Below, piece after piece: positions 10,051 through 20,374 of a stretch of 64,000 nucleotides of DNA. The translations under genes were made by a program, and so were the position numbers. The stretch is taken from assembly GCA_965602015.1 (NCBI GenBank), contig OZ271918.1:3360001-3424000 (forward strand), given 5' to 3'. The notes beneath the pieces are model-generated. The model ran no database searches and was not told the DNA's origin. It saw nothing but the letters and a program-made list of their open reading frames with translations. Each line of letters starts with the position of its first letter. Position 1 is the stretch's first letter. Source of the DNA: Salinispira sp. (GTDB taxonomy: Bacteria; Spirochaetota; Spirochaetia; DSM-27196; Salinispiraceae).

Positions 10051-11585
10051 GTAAAAACGACACCATTGTAGCAGTCATCGATATCGGATCCACCGCTGTC
10101 CGGCTGGTCATTCTCGAGCTCGATAAAAACGGCGATTACCACCGGCTCGACCGGGCGTCCCGGCCCGTGAGTCTGGGGCGCGACGTGTTTATTTCCCGGA
10201 CCATCCGGGCGGAGAGCATGATGCAGGTCATCGCCGTACTTTCGGGCTTCTCCGAGCTCATCCGAAGCTACGGGCTGCGGCCGAAGGACTCCTACGTGGT
10301 AGCCACCAGTGCAGTCAGGGAAGCGCGAAACCGCGATACCTTCGTCGACCGGGTGCAGATAAAAACCGGTTTTCAGGTAAGCATTATCGACGGGGTTGAA
10401 GAAAACCACCTTACCTATATTGCGGTGCTCCACGCCGTGGAAAATTTCCGCGGGGCATTCTCCCGGGCCAACTCTATTATTATGGAAGTGGGCGGCGGTT
10501 CCACCGAGCTGATGATAATGTTCCGAGGCAGCATGCAGGCGGCTCAGAGTCTGAAAGTTGGAACCGTGCGGCTGGAACAGCAGCTAAAGGCCAAGGTCGG
10601 TTCGGAGTTCGTCCTCGAAGAATTTTTGCGGGAACAGCTGAGGCTCAATCTGGCTACCCTGCACAATGACACGGACCTGAAAAGAATACGGTATTTTGTC
10701 ATGGTGGGCGGCGACGCCCGCATTGTCAGCTACCGCATCGGAACCGCTCAGGGGGAACACTATTCGGTTATTAAGCGGGATGACTTTCTGTCCTACCTTG
10801 ATGAACTCAGCCGCAAAACCGTCGATGAAATAGTCCGGGACCTGAGCATCTCGTACAATGAAGCCGAAGGTCTCATGCCGGCGCTAATTATCTACCGGAT
10901 ATTCCTTGAAGAAACCTCAGCCCAGGAAATCATCGTTCCAGACGTGAGCATCCGCGAAGGAATTCTCCTGCGGAACGTCATGGGACAGTCGACGAGCATT
11001 GACCGCAACTTCGCCCGCCAGGTGGTGGCGTCGGCCCGGAGCCTGGGTACCCGGTATCATATTGATGAAGAGCATGCCGATCAGGTCACAAAACTAAGCC
11101 TGGAGCTCTTCGATGCCCTACTGGATGAACACGGGCTGGGAAACCGGGAACGGCTCTACCTCGAGGTGGCGGCCATCCTGCACGATGTGGGCTATTTTAT
11201 TAACCAGTCAGGCCATCACAAACACGGCATGTACATCGTAGCCAACTCCGAGATATTCGGGCTTTCCCAGGAAGAGCTCCACCTGGTAGCCACGGTGGTG
11301 CGCTATCATCGGGGCGCAAAACCCGTACGGACCCATCCGGAATACGGCCGGCTTTCCCGGGCTCAGCGGCTTATCGTCATGAAGCTGGCGGCCATCCTCC
11401 GGGTAGCCGACGCGCTGGACCGGGCGCACGGTCAGAATATCAAGGGCATAGAAGTGGAAATCGAAAACAATGCCCTTCATATCAGCGGGGGTCAGCGGGG
11501 AGATCTCTCCATCGAGCGCTACGGACTCATTTTGAAGTCCGGGCTTTTCGAAGACGTATTCGGCTACAAGGTATTATTTAAATAA
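10047..11585 (+). CDS. ppx: Exopolyphosphatase Ppx/GppA with HD domain
   Basis: IDIGSTAVRL, ATSAVREARN, EVGGGSTE, LHDVGY, ILRVADALD. Confidence 0.92.
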   Translation: MSKNDTIVAVIDIGSTAVRLVILELDKNGDYHRLDRASRPVSLGRDVFISRTIRAESMMQVIAVLSGFSELIRSYGLRPKDSYVVATSAVREARNRDTFVDRVQIKTGFQVSIIDGVEENHLTYIAVLHAVENFRGAFSRANSIIMEVGGGSTELMIMFRGSMQAAQSLKVGTVRLEQQLKAKVGSEFVLEEFLREQLRLNLATLHNDTDLKRIRYFVMVGGDARIVSYRIGTAQGEHYSVIKRDDFLSYLDELSRKTVDEIVRDLSISYNEAEGLMPALIIYRIFLEETSAQEIIVPDVSIREGILLRNVMGQSTSIDRNFARQVVASARSLGTRYHIDEEHADQVTKLSLELFDALLDEHGLGNRERLYLEVAAILHDVGYFINQSGHHKHGMYIVANSEIFGLSQEELHLVATVVRYHRGAKPVRTHPEYGRLSRAQRLIVMKLAAILRVADALDRAHGQNIKGIEVEIENNALHISGGQRGDLSIERYGLILKSGLFEDVFGYKVLFK

Positions 11586-11595
11586 GGGGATTAAT

Positions 11596-13716
11596 GTGGA
11601 AGAAATAAAAAAAGACCCGCCCTACTTTAACCGGGAGCTCAGCTGGATTGAATTCAACCGGCGGGTGCTCAACGAGGGCCTGAGAGATGACAAACCCCTG
11701 CTGGACCGCCTCAAGTTCCTGGCCATTGTAACCAGTAATTTTGATGAATTCTTCATGGTGCGGGTGGCGACCTTAAAAAACGAGTTTTTAACCGGCAATT
11801 ACGTCAGCTGCCCGAGCAAATTGAGCCCCGAGGAGCAGCTCAAGGCCATCAGAAAGGAATACCGGGAGATAATCGCCGCCCAGTACCGCTGTCTTCACGG
11901 CGAACTGCTACCCGAACTGGCTCAGCGGGGATTCGTCTACCACGACCTGGAGTCAATCACCGCGGCGCACAAAAGCCGTCTGAAGGAGCTTTTCCACAGC
12001 GAGCTCTTCCCGCTTTTGACGCCCATCAGGGTTAACGAAACCGAACCCATGGTGAAGGCGGGGAACATGCGCCTTCACGTGGGCTTCCTGATAAAAAAGG
12101 ACGGGGAGGAGAATGAACTGCTGTCGGTTGCGCAGCTTCCCAGCTCGGTGGACCGGGTCATACGGATTTCCGAGGGTGAGGGGGAGTTTCACTTCACCTT
12201 CCTCGAAAACCTCATAATCATGTTTGCCGCATCGCTGTACCCCGGGTACCAGATTCTCGAGCACCTCTGCTTCCGTATTACCAGGGACGCCGACTTCGCA
12301 GTCGACGAGACCAGGGACGGCGATTTTGTAGAAGCCATGGAAGAGGTATTAAACGAGCGCTCCAAGTCAGAGGTGGTCCGGCTCAACAGTGGCAAGACCA
12401 GCGAAAAGATCGCAGGTCTCCTGATGTCAAACCTCGGACTGTCGCAGGAGGACCTGTTTACCACCCCGGATCCCCTGGAAATAAACGATTTTATGGACCT
12501 GGTGTATACGCCGGGATTCGACGATTTGCGGGAAGCATCCTGGAAGCCCGTGGATCCCTTCCCCATGGATGAGGAACGGAGCATCTGGCAGTGGATTACC
12601 GAGCGGGACAGGATGCTCATCCATCCCTTCGAGTCCTTTTCGCCGGTCATCAGGTTTATCGAGACCGCTGCTGCGGACCCCAAGGTGCTTTCCATCAAAA
12701 TGACCCTCTACCGAACCAGCCGAAACAGCCCCATTGTTTCGGCCCTGGAACTGGCCGCCCAGGCGGGAAAACAGGTTACGGTCCTGGTTGAAATCAAGGC
12801 GCGCTTCGACGAACACCGTAACATCCATTGGGCTGAGCGGCTGGAGAAGGCTGGGGTCATCGTGGTGTACGGAATCGCCGATTTGAAGGTACATGCCAAG
12901 GCCGCCCTGATTATCCGCCGGGAACCCAAGGGTATCCGTCGCTATCTCCACGTCAGCACGGGAAATTACAACGATAAAACCGCCCGGCTGTATACCGATG
13001 TGGGACTCCTGACCGCCAGGGACGATCTGTGCTACGAGGCGGGCCTGTTTTTTAACGCCATAACGGGATATTCGGCGGTGCCGGCGTTGAAAAAACTGAT
13101 GATGGCCCCCTATGCCTTGAAGGCCCGGCTCATTCAGCTCATCGACCGCGAAATAGACAAGCATAGAAGCGGGGGGAACGGCCATATCGCCGCGAAAATC
13201 AACTCGGTGAGCGATCCGGATATAATCGATGCCCTGTACCGGGCAAGCTCCGCCGGCGTGAAAATTGACTTAAATATCCGGGGAATTTGCATGCTCAAAC
13301 CCGGGGTTCCGGGATTAAGCGAAACCGTGCGGGTGGTATCGGTAATCGACCGCTATCTCGAGCACCCGAGAATCGTCCGGTTCAACAACGGGGGCAACGC
13401 CGAGCTGTATATATCCAGCGCGGACTGGATGGGAAGGAATCTCGACCGGCGGGTGGAACTTATGACGCCTATCGAAGACCCCCGGGCCGCCCGGCGCTTG
13501 AGCGATATGCTCGACCTCTACATGCGGGACACCCGGCAGTCCTACGAGCTTCAAAGCGACGGCTCATTCCGCCGGGTTAAACCCGCAAAGGGCAAAAAAG
13601 CCGTTCGCGCCCAGCAGGAAATGTACCGCTTGGCGGAAGAGGCAAACAGCCGGCGCGGAGATGAAAGCGGCGAGCAGATATTTAACGTTCGCCGCCGTCC
13701 TCCTCAGGCCAAATGA
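11596..13716 (+). CDS. ppk1: Polyphosphate kinase 1
   Basis: YFNRELSWIEFNRRVL, SNFDEFFMVRVA, IKMTLYRT, KARFDE, KVHAK, TGNYN, SSADWMGRNLDRRVE. Confidence 0.96.
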   Translation: MEEIKKDPPYFNRELSWIEFNRRVLNEGLRDDKPLLDRLKFLAIVTSNFDEFFMVRVATLKNEFLTGNYVSCPSKLSPEEQLKAIRKEYREIIAAQYRCLHGELLPELAQRGFVYHDLESITAAHKSRLKELFHSELFPLLTPIRVNETEPMVKAGNMRLHVGFLIKKDGEENELLSVAQLPSSVDRVIRISEGEGEFHFTFLENLIIMFAASLYPGYQILEHLCFRITRDADFAVDETRDGDFVEAMEEVLNERSKSEVVRLNSGKTSEKIAGLLMSNLGLSQEDLFTTPDPLEINDFMDLVYTPGFDDLREASWKPVDPFPMDEERSIWQWITERDRMLIHPFESFSPVIRFIETAAADPKVLSIKMTLYRTSRNSPIVSALELAAQAGKQVTVLVEIKARFDEHRNIHWAERLEKAGVIVVYGIADLKVHAKAALIIRREPKGIRRYLHVSTGNYNDKTARLYTDVGLLTARDDLCYEAGLFFNAITGYSAVPALKKLMMAPYALKARLIQLIDREIDKHRSGGNGHIAAKINSVSDPDIIDALYRASSAGVKIDLNIRGICMLKPGVPGLSETVRVVSVIDRYLEHPRIVRFNNGGNAELYISSADWMGRNLDRRVELMTPIEDPRAARRLSDMLDLYMRDTRQSYELQSDGSFRRVKPAKGKKAVRAQQEMYRLAEEANSRRGDESGEQIFNVRRRPPQAK

Positions 13717-16700
13717 CCGGAGGCAGGCCCGCGCCGGCCCGGGTATCCGGCGAACCGTCCGCCGAGCCCGCCGCCAGGTAGGCGTAGCGCTCGGCGAGCT
13801 CGGGATCAAGTCGGCTCAGCCGCTCAAAATCCCGGCTCAGGGCCCCGTCGTCATTGAGGGCTGCATGGGCCAGGGCAAGGCTCAACAGGAGGTAGGGCGA
13901 GTCCGGCCGTATCTCAAGGCCCTCTTCGGCGGTCCGGGCGGCCCGCTGGTAATCGCCCTGTTCGAGGTACAGGTTCGTCAGGTATTGGTAGGCGGTCATG
14001 TTGCCGCCGCCGATTTGATTTGCGTCACGGAGGGTTGCTTCGGCCAGCCCGAATTCCCCGAACACGCTGTACAGGGCACCGAGACGGTTCAGGAGCCGGG
14101 ACCTCCTTCTTCCGGTAAGAGCCTGACTTTGGCGGGTCAGCTCGCCGGCCTTTTGCACGAACAGCTGCTCGGTGAACTCTTCCATGGTTTGGGCGATGCT
14201 CCGCCCCGCGGCCGCCGGGGAAGGGGGAATTATCCGGTAATCAGTCGGGGGAATCGGCATGGGCGGATACAGCTCCCTGGCTTCGCTGACGGGAATAAAC
14301 TCCATTTCGTCGGAACCCCGGTGCCGGCTCACCAGCAGCGATGCCTGCTGCCAGGTTTCGAAAAAACCCTGATCGAGCACGGTGGTCTCGATGGGGATCC
14401 ACAGGGTTCCGCCATGGGAAATCAGTTCCAGTCCGCCCTGCTCCAGAAGCCAGCGGTTTTCTTCGGGTATGTCGCTGTCAAAGGCGGCGAATACATGCCC
14501 CGGACTGGTGATAATGGCCGTGGATATGCCGGCGGCTTCAAGCATCGAATTGAGCAATGCCGTGGTGTCGTCGCAGTCGCCGCTCTGGTAGAACAGGGTC
14601 GCCCCGGGGAAACGGACGGTATCGACGGCACCGGGTCGGCCGAGCACCAGGGTTATGGGGCTGGCGGGGTCTTCTATGTACTCGATTCCCCGGGTTCCCA
14701 GCGTGTCGATAATTCGTATTGCTCTGAACAGCCGTTCATCGAGCCTGATAGTGTCCGGCGTCAAATCTCGGTAATCCGCACTGCCGGAGGCGGTCAAGGC
14801 GAAATTTCGGATGTTGATCTCATTGGGAACGATGAACGAGGCAAGCTTCGCGCTGTCGTCCCAGGACAGGGCGGTATTCCGTTGAATCTGCACCGAGTAA
14901 CTGGCTTCCCGCACATTTTCCACCCCGTCATACCTTCCTTTTACATCGAGAATCACCTGGGCGGGCAGGGACTCCTCCTGGAGGAGTAATCGCTCGTTGA
15001 ACACCGGGTTCAGGCTGATCTCCAGCTCTTCGCCCGGGGCGAGTTCCCCGTCGACGTCGACGGCCACCGGAGCCTCCATAAATCCCGGTATATACAGTTC
15101 AAGCGTTATTTCGCTAACCGGCAGTTCGTGGGGATTGGCGATCGTCAGGCTGCCCCATCCGCTTAAGCGGTAGTAGGGCACCAGAGCGGGAAATACGTCC
15201 GGGAGCCGGGCATCGCGGATATCCAGCATGTTCCGCTGCTGACCCGGGCGGGCGGCTTCAATGTCGAATTGCTGCTGAAGCCGTTCTTTGGCCCGGCGGA
15301 TTTCCCTGTCATCCGGCCGGCTGAACAGTATTTCTTCGTAAAGTGCCACGGTCTTCTGGTACATAGACCGGGCGCTTTCGGGTCCGAACCGCCGGAGGGT
15401 GTCGAGCACCCGGGCGCGGAGAATCTCGGTCTGTTCGATGAGGGACGCAAGTTCAAGATCTTCCAGCTCCTCCCGGGCGGTTTGGTTGTCCGGATTGATA
15501 AGAAGGGCGGTATTCCAGTAATAGCGGGCCATTTCCACCGCGCCATTTTGATGGTGAAACCCCGCGAGTTCTGCGATGGCGTCCTGATCTGCGGGATTTT
15601 CGAGAATTGCTGCGGTCCATTTCGCCAGTTCCACGCTTTCAGGGGTTTCGAGGGCATTGCGCTCAAGATAGTCACCGTCCAGGAGCCTGAGTATGTAGTT
15701 TTGGGTGCTCATGGGAATGGCGATTTCACCGCTGGCTTCATTAAAGGCAAGACCCATGGCAAAGGTGTAGTCCCTGTCCTCTTCTCCGGGTATTCCTTCC
15801 AATCGCCATATAATATCTCCCCCCGGGGAAAAGCGGTACAGGCTGGTCATGGTCATCATAAGGAAGCTTCCGTCGCTGGCCGGCTGGAGGTGTTTTACGC
15901 TATAGCGCTCGCCGACGGGGAACAGGGGAAGCAGGGTTCTCACGGGCTCGCCGGAGGGGGTAAAGATTTCCACAAATCCGCTGCTCGGATTGTATATCCA
16001 CAGTTCCCCCGAGGGGCCCGCTGCCATGGCGCTGGGAGAAATCAGCGCATTTTCGAGCAGCCTCAGCTCTTGCGGCCGGCGGTCCTGCACTCTAAAAATC
16101 CGGGGACTTGTCATATCGGAAAGAACAAGAGACCCGTCGGGCAACACAATAAAGTCCGAGGGATACTGAAAGGGAATGGGCAGACTGTCCGGGGCTGGGT
16201 TTCCCGGAATATACCGGGAGACCCGCAGCTGCTGAATGGATCTGCTGTATAACGTGCCCGACGGGGTTACGGCAATATCAAAAAATTCCCCCTGCTGTCC
16301 GTTGAGGATAGCCTCCCGTCCGTATACATCGGCGAGACGCATGGAGCTGTCCAGGCGAACAGCCAGACTGTTGGCGCCGATGTACAGCGATCCGTCCTCG
16401 CCGTAGGCCGCGCTTATCGGGGAGAGAATGGGCTGGTAGGGAAGGTCCCTGAAGCTGAGATAGTCCAGGGTGAAGCGCTCCAGCAATAACGGCGGAACCC
16501 TATCAGCCGGCGCTGCGAAATCGTCCAGAGACAGCAGCAGATACTGCACCAGGCTCGCGGCGTACCTGCCGTCCAGGCCGCTCCAGGCGTCCAGCACCGA
16601 GAACGGTTGGGAGGTTTTGCCGTCGGCGGACCTGGTCAAGGTAAGCATAAACACGGAATTTTCCCCCGAGTCTACGGCGCTGATGGAGAGGCGGTAATCT

Positions 16701-16930
16701 GCTGCGGGGCCCGGACCGTACTCAATGACGGTGTTTCCCCCGTAAATCAGGGGATAATAGTATGCGCTTTCCTCAAACAAGTCCCGGAAAAACTGCCGGT
16801 TCACGCGGGTATCTGGATAGAGAGACTGCATTTCAACACGCAGGGATTGGGCGCTTTGCCCCCAGGAAATGGACAGTACTCCAATGAGAAAAAAGAGGAA
16901 AATAATGGTCTTTTTTACGGCACCCGGCAT
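13682..16930 (-). CDS. Large exported protein: beta-propeller/NHL-like region, TPR repeats, transglutaminase-like domain
   Basis: Signal peptide; propeller-like repeats (DIAVTPSGTLY, FIVLPDGSLV, MAAGPSGELW); TPR helices; GDCDD..GHVF..WIPIETT triad. Confidence 0.75.
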   Translation of the reverse strand: MPGAVKKTIIFLFFLIGVLSISWGQSAQSLRVEMQSLYPDTRVNRQFFRDLFEESAYYYPLIYGGNTVIEYGPGPAADYRLSISAVDSGENSVFMLTLTRSADGKTSQPFSVLDAWSGLDGRYAASLVQYLLLSLDDFAAPADRVPPLLLERFTLDYLSFRDLPYQPILSPISAAYGEDGSLYIGANSLAVRLDSSMRLADVYGREAILNGQQGEFFDIAVTPSGTLYSRSIQQLRVSRYIPGNPAPDSLPIPFQYPSDFIVLPDGSLVLSDMTSPRIFRVQDRRPQELRLLENALISPSAMAAGPSGELWIYNPSSGFVEIFTPSGEPVRTLLPLFPVGERYSVKHLQPASDGSFLMMTMTSLYRFSPGGDIIWRLEGIPGEEDRDYTFAMGLAFNEASGEIAIPMSTQNYILRLLDGDYLERNALETPESVELAKWTAAILENPADQDAIAELAGFHHQNGAVEMARYYWNTALLINPDNQTAREELEDLELASLIEQTEILRARVLDTLRRFGPESARSMYQKTVALYEEILFSRPDDREIRRAKERLQQQFDIEAARPGQQRNMLDIRDARLPDVFPALVPYYRLSGWGSLTIANPHELPVSEITLELYIPGFMEAPVAVDVDGELAPGEELEISLNPVFNERLLLQEESLPAQVILDVKGRYDGVENVREASYSVQIQRNTALSWDDSAKLASFIVPNEINIRNFALTASGSADYRDLTPDTIRLDERLFRAIRIIDTLGTRGIEYIEDPASPITLVLGRPGAVDTVRFPGATLFYQSGDCDDTTALLNSMLEAAGISTAIITSPGHVFAAFDSDIPEENRWLLEQGGLELISHGGTLWIPIETTVLDQGFFETWQQASLLVSRHRGSDEMEFIPVSEARELYPPMPIPPTDYRIIPPSPAAAGRSIAQTMEEFTEQLFVQKAGELTRQSQALTGRRRSRLLNRLGALYSVFGEFGLAEATLRDANQIGGGNMTAYQYLTNLYLEQGDYQRAARTAEEGLEIRPDSPYLLLSLALAHAALNDDGALSRDFERLSRLDPELAERYAYLAAGSADGSPDTRAGAGLPPVIWPEEDGGER

Positions 16931-16965
16931 AAGTCACCCCGATTTTTACGTATATTGGTGTAATT

Positions 16966-17826
16966 ATGAATGATACCACGAGATTCGCCATCATCGACGA
17001 CGACGCGGTCGAACTAGAGAATGCAAATATACCACTAAGCGACGCGAATTACGCGTACGGCATCGGGGTTTATGAAACGCTCCGCCAGCGGGGAGGGCTG
17101 CGTTATTTTACACAAATGCATCTCGAGCGGCTGTTCGAATCGGCGCGGATCATCGGCCTTTCCACAGATGCGGACGCCCAGCGGATGATCTCCCGTCTCA
17201 ACCGGCTCAGGGATCTCAATCCGGAAGAAGACGTGAATATCCGTATCCTGCTTGTAAAATCCGGGCCAAAAAACAGCCGGTCCTATATTTTTCCGGCGGA
17301 CATTCCAAGGGTTAAGGGGGTCGAGGATTTGCGGGTGCCCGAACCGGTGGGCGTCACCATGCTGGGTTATCCCGGGGAGCGGCATTTCCCGAGGGCCAAG
17401 TCCCTGAGCATGCTTCTTTCCTCGGTGGCCCTGGCAAAGGCCAAAGAGCGGGATTGCTGGGATGCCCTTCTTTTGGACAGGGACGGGCTTATCACCGAAG
17501 GAAGCCGTTCGAATGTTTTCTGGATGCAGGGTGGCAGGCTGTACTCGCCGCCGGAAGACAGAATTCTGGCCGGGGTGACCCGGGCGAACATCATCGCCTG
17601 CGCTGAAAAAGCCGGGTTTGAGTTCAGATACGGCGAGCTGTACGTTGAAGACCTGGCAAGGGAGCCCAGGACATTGATCTGCAGCTCGACATCCATTGGG
17701 CTCCAGCCGGTCACCACCCTCTTTATGGACGACGGACGGGAAATCTCCCTGCCGAGGGACCCGGCGGTGGGTAAGCTCAGCCGCAGCTACGGTGATTTCA
17801 TCCGCAACGAGGCGCTGACCGACTAG
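16966..17826 (+). CDS. Aminotransferase class IV (IlvE/PabC-like)
   Basis: YGIGVYETLR, HLERLFESA, AKS (PLP lysine), ITEGSRSNVF, ILAGVTR. Confidence 0.9.
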   Translation: MNDTTRFAIIDDDAVELENANIPLSDANYAYGIGVYETLRQRGGLRYFTQMHLERLFESARIIGLSTDADAQRMISRLNRLRDLNPEEDVNIRILLVKSGPKNSRSYIFPADIPRVKGVEDLRVPEPVGVTMLGYPGERHFPRAKSLSMLLSSVALAKAKERDCWDALLLDRDGLITEGSRSNVFWMQGGRLYSPPEDRILAGVTRANIIACAEKAGFEFRYGELYVEDLAREPRTLICSSTSIGLQPVTTLFMDDGREISLPRDPAVGKLSRSYGDFIRNEALTD

Positions 17827-17839
17827 CCGCGCCCCAGGG

Positions 17840-19021
17840 CTATTCCAGCCGCAGGTAACTCACCGAGTACCCGTAGCGCCAGCTCGATGAATCGCCCCTG
17901 GGCCTGAGTATGGTCAGGAAGCGTTCTTCGCCGGCTTCAAGGACGATGTCGATGGGGCTTGCGACGGTGCTGGTCATGTTTTGCAGTCTCAGGCTCACCT
18001 CGGCCTCGATGGAATAATCAAAGCCGTTGCCGATGAATACCACGTAGGTGAGATCGGTCTGTTCGACCCGGAAATCGAGTTCGTTCCGCGCATCGGTGCT
18101 TCCAGTGTAGCTTTGGAAATCCTCGTTTGTAAAATCCCTGCCGAACACTACCTCAAATTCCGGGCCGCCCGGATGGTAGGCGTAATATATCTCGTCCTCG
18201 ACGGGATCAACCGCTTCGCCGTTCAGCCCGAGCATGCGTATGGGTATGGACTGCATGCCGCCGTCGGTCAGGGGAACCCGAACGTCAAAATGCAGGTGGG
18301 GACCGGAAGAACGGCCGGTATTGCCGCTGTATCCGATAAAATCACCGGCTTCGACAGTATCTCCCACTTCTACCTCAGCGCCGTTCTGCACCAGATGCAC
18401 GTAGTTGCCGAAGGTCCCGTCGTCATGCATCACAAGCACGTAGTTGGCGTAGGGTCCGTACTGAACCCCCGGTCCTCCGATGTTTGAATCTTCCTTTACC
18501 TCAACCACTATCCCTCTTCGTGCGGCGCGAATTTCAGTTCCCACATCGAGATCAAAATCAAGGGCGAACTGATTGTCGTCGAAGTGGGTGAACCTGCCGT
18601 TGAACCCCTGGGTTACCCGGTGTTTGGTGCCGTGTGCGAAGGGAAACCAGTAGAGGAAGTCGGTATCCGGTTCGACGGTTTCCGGATTACCCCGGGAATA
18701 GCTGTAGGAAAAGCGGTAAGAGAGCCGGTTTCCCTCGCCGGGTTCCAGGGCGAATAAATATTCTCCTTGGGCTCCGGCTTCAAGCTGCATGCCGAAGGGC
18801 ATTTCTACATCTGGCTGCAAATTCTCAAGGCTCTGGAATTCGATATACACGTATGCCGGGATTACCAGATCATTATCCGCAAAAAAGAGAATGCGGAAAT
18901 CATCCTGCTGTTCGCCGTAGACCCGAACCGGGGTGTTATCCTGGGCGGAAATCGGAGCGGCAAGTATGAGCAGCGCGGCGATTGCCGCGATAAGAAATGG
19001 TTTACTGTTAAATCGCTTCAT
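17840..19021 (-). CDS. Secreted M23-family metallopeptidase
   Basis: Signal peptide; H....ALDF, YVHL, GYSGNTGRSSGPHLHF; AGGTGAG upstream of ATG 19021. Confidence 0.9.
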   Translation of the reverse strand: MKRFNSKPFLIAAIAALLILAAPISAQDNTPVRVYGEQQDDFRILFFADNDLVIPAYVYIEFQSLENLQPDVEMPFGMQLEAGAQGEYLFALEPGEGNRLSYRFSYSYSRGNPETVEPDTDFLYWFPFAHGTKHRVTQGFNGRFTHFDDNQFALDFDLDVGTEIRAARRGIVVEVKEDSNIGGPGVQYGPYANYVLVMHDDGTFGNYVHLVQNGAEVEVGDTVEAGDFIGYSGNTGRSSGPHLHFDVRVPLTDGGMQSIPIRMLGLNGEAVDPVEDEIYYAYHPGGPEFEVVFGRDFTNEDFQSYTGSTDARNELDFRVEQTDLTYVVFIGNGFDYSIEAEVSLRLQNMTSTVASPIDIVLEAGEERFLTILRPRGDSSSWRYGYSVSYLRLE

Positions 19022-19047
19022 AATATTCTCACCTGAGAATATAATGA
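19018..19047. promoter_or_regulatory. Palindrome spanning two divergent start codons
   Basis: TCATAATATTCTCA-CC-TGAGAATATAATGA, 13/14-bp inverted repeat. Confidence 0.45.
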
Positions 19048-20366
19048 TTTCCGCCGTGAAAAGTACAACGAGCCCGCCCACGCGCGGTTATATTTATGCA
19101 TCATTGGTCTTTTTTGCGATCATCGCCACCCTCGTGCCATCGTCATGCCGTGTATCCGATGACCAGCGGTCTTCGCCCCAGGCCGGACTTCGGTCCGGAC
19201 TTCGGTCCGGGCTCCAGTCCGGGCTCGAGGTTGGGGGTCTTGAATCCCGCGAAACATCCGGCGCACAGGAGGAAAGAAGCCTCCCGCCTCTCAGCCTCAG
19301 TTTTGTCGGGGACTTAATGGCTCACCCGCCGAATTTCCGCATGTCTGACTATTCGCGAATATACGCTGCCGTGGAAGAGCAGTTTCACGACGATGATCTC
19401 AGTTTTATCAACCTGGAGTTCGTCATAGACCCTTCCCGGGCCATGGCCGGTTTTCCCCGGTTCAACGTTCATCGGGATTACGTCGAGGCTGCGGTGGATG
19501 CGGGCTTTGATGTGTTTTCTTTCGCCAATAATCACATAAACGACTACGGCAGTGCGGGAATTCGGGCGACCCGGATTCAGCAGCATCTGCTCAGCCGCTA
19601 CGCCAGGGAAGGCTGGAATCGCCCGGTTTACTTCTCGGGCATCCGGGTGCCCGGCGAGGATGAGTTTCGCATAACCGCAATCGAGCATCGGGGCTGGCGG
19701 ATCGCGTATTTGTCGGTGACGGGGATTCTGAATCAGTACTGGGACGGCGCTGACGACACCTATCTCGTTCGGTACTGGAGCGAGGCCGATAATTCCGCAT
19801 TGCTGGGTTTCATCAAGGAGCGGCGGAGGGACTACGATCTGTTTATTCTGGCGTATCATGGGGGAACCGAATACATCCTGACGCCAAATGAGGGCAAGGC
19901 GGAGCTGTTCACATCGCTTGCGGATGCGGGGGTCGACGTCGTCTGGGGTCATCATCCTCACGTTCTTCAACCGGTGCACTTTTTCCAGCGCCCCGACGGC
20001 CGTTCCGGCGCAATTATGTATTCAATGGGCAATTTCGTGAGTTCCCAGACAGCCTGGCTCGGTCCGGAAGACGGGGGAACCCGCCGCGCCTATACCGGCG
20101 ATTCGGCGATTGTCCGCCTGGAGATACGGAACACTCCACAGGGACCCGATGTTCGGCGAATCGACATGAACCTGATTACCCACCTCAGGGAGTACGATAC
20201 CGACGACCCCGCACGGGACGGATACGAAGTCCATTTTACCGAAGATGCGCCGGGCATAGCCCGGAAGGAATGGAAGCCTTTCTATGAGCAACGCCTGAAA
20301 GAAATGACTCGCTTGATAGGACCGGCTCCCGCGCGGTATTATCAGACCACCGATTCCATGCCCTAG
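19044..20366 (+). CDS. CapA-family metallophosphoesterase (PGA_cap); start uncertain
   Basis: VGDLM, INLE, ANNHINDYG, YHGGTEY, GHHPHVLQ, YSMGNF motifs. Confidence 0.88.
   Translation: MISAVKSTTSPPTRGYIYASLVFFAIIATLVPSSCRVSDDQRSSPQAGLRSGLRSGLQSGLEVGGLESRETSGAQEERSLPPLSLSFVGDLMAHPPNFRMSDYSRIYAAVEEQFHDDDLSFINLEFVIDPSRAMAGFPRFNVHRDYVEAAVDAGFDVFSFANNHINDYGSAGIRATRIQQHLLSRYAREGWNRPVYFSGIRVPGEDEFRITAIEHRGWRIAYLSVTGILNQYWDGADDTYLVRYWSEADNSALLGFIKERRRDYDLFILAYHGGTEYILTPNEGKAELFTSLADAGVDVVWGHHPHVLQPVHFFQRPDGRSGAIMYSMGNFVSSQTAWLGPEDGGTRRAYTGDSAIVRLEIRNTPQGPDVRRIDMNLITHLREYDTDDPARDGYEVHFTEDAPGIARKEWKPFYEQRLKEMTRLIGPAPARYYQTTDSMP
19183..19230 (+). repeat. In-frame 12-bp tandem repeat, 4 degenerate copies (GLRS-GLRS-GLQS-GLE)
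   Basis: ccggacttcggt x2, ccgggctccagt, ccgggctcgagg. Confidence 0.8.
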
Positions 20367-20374
20367 GAGCGCCC

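Noticed and set aside
13661..14989. 442-aa plus-strand ORF (and 15269-16252)
   Set aside because: Antisense shadows of the 1082-aa gene with no recognisable motifs; expected in GC-rich DNA
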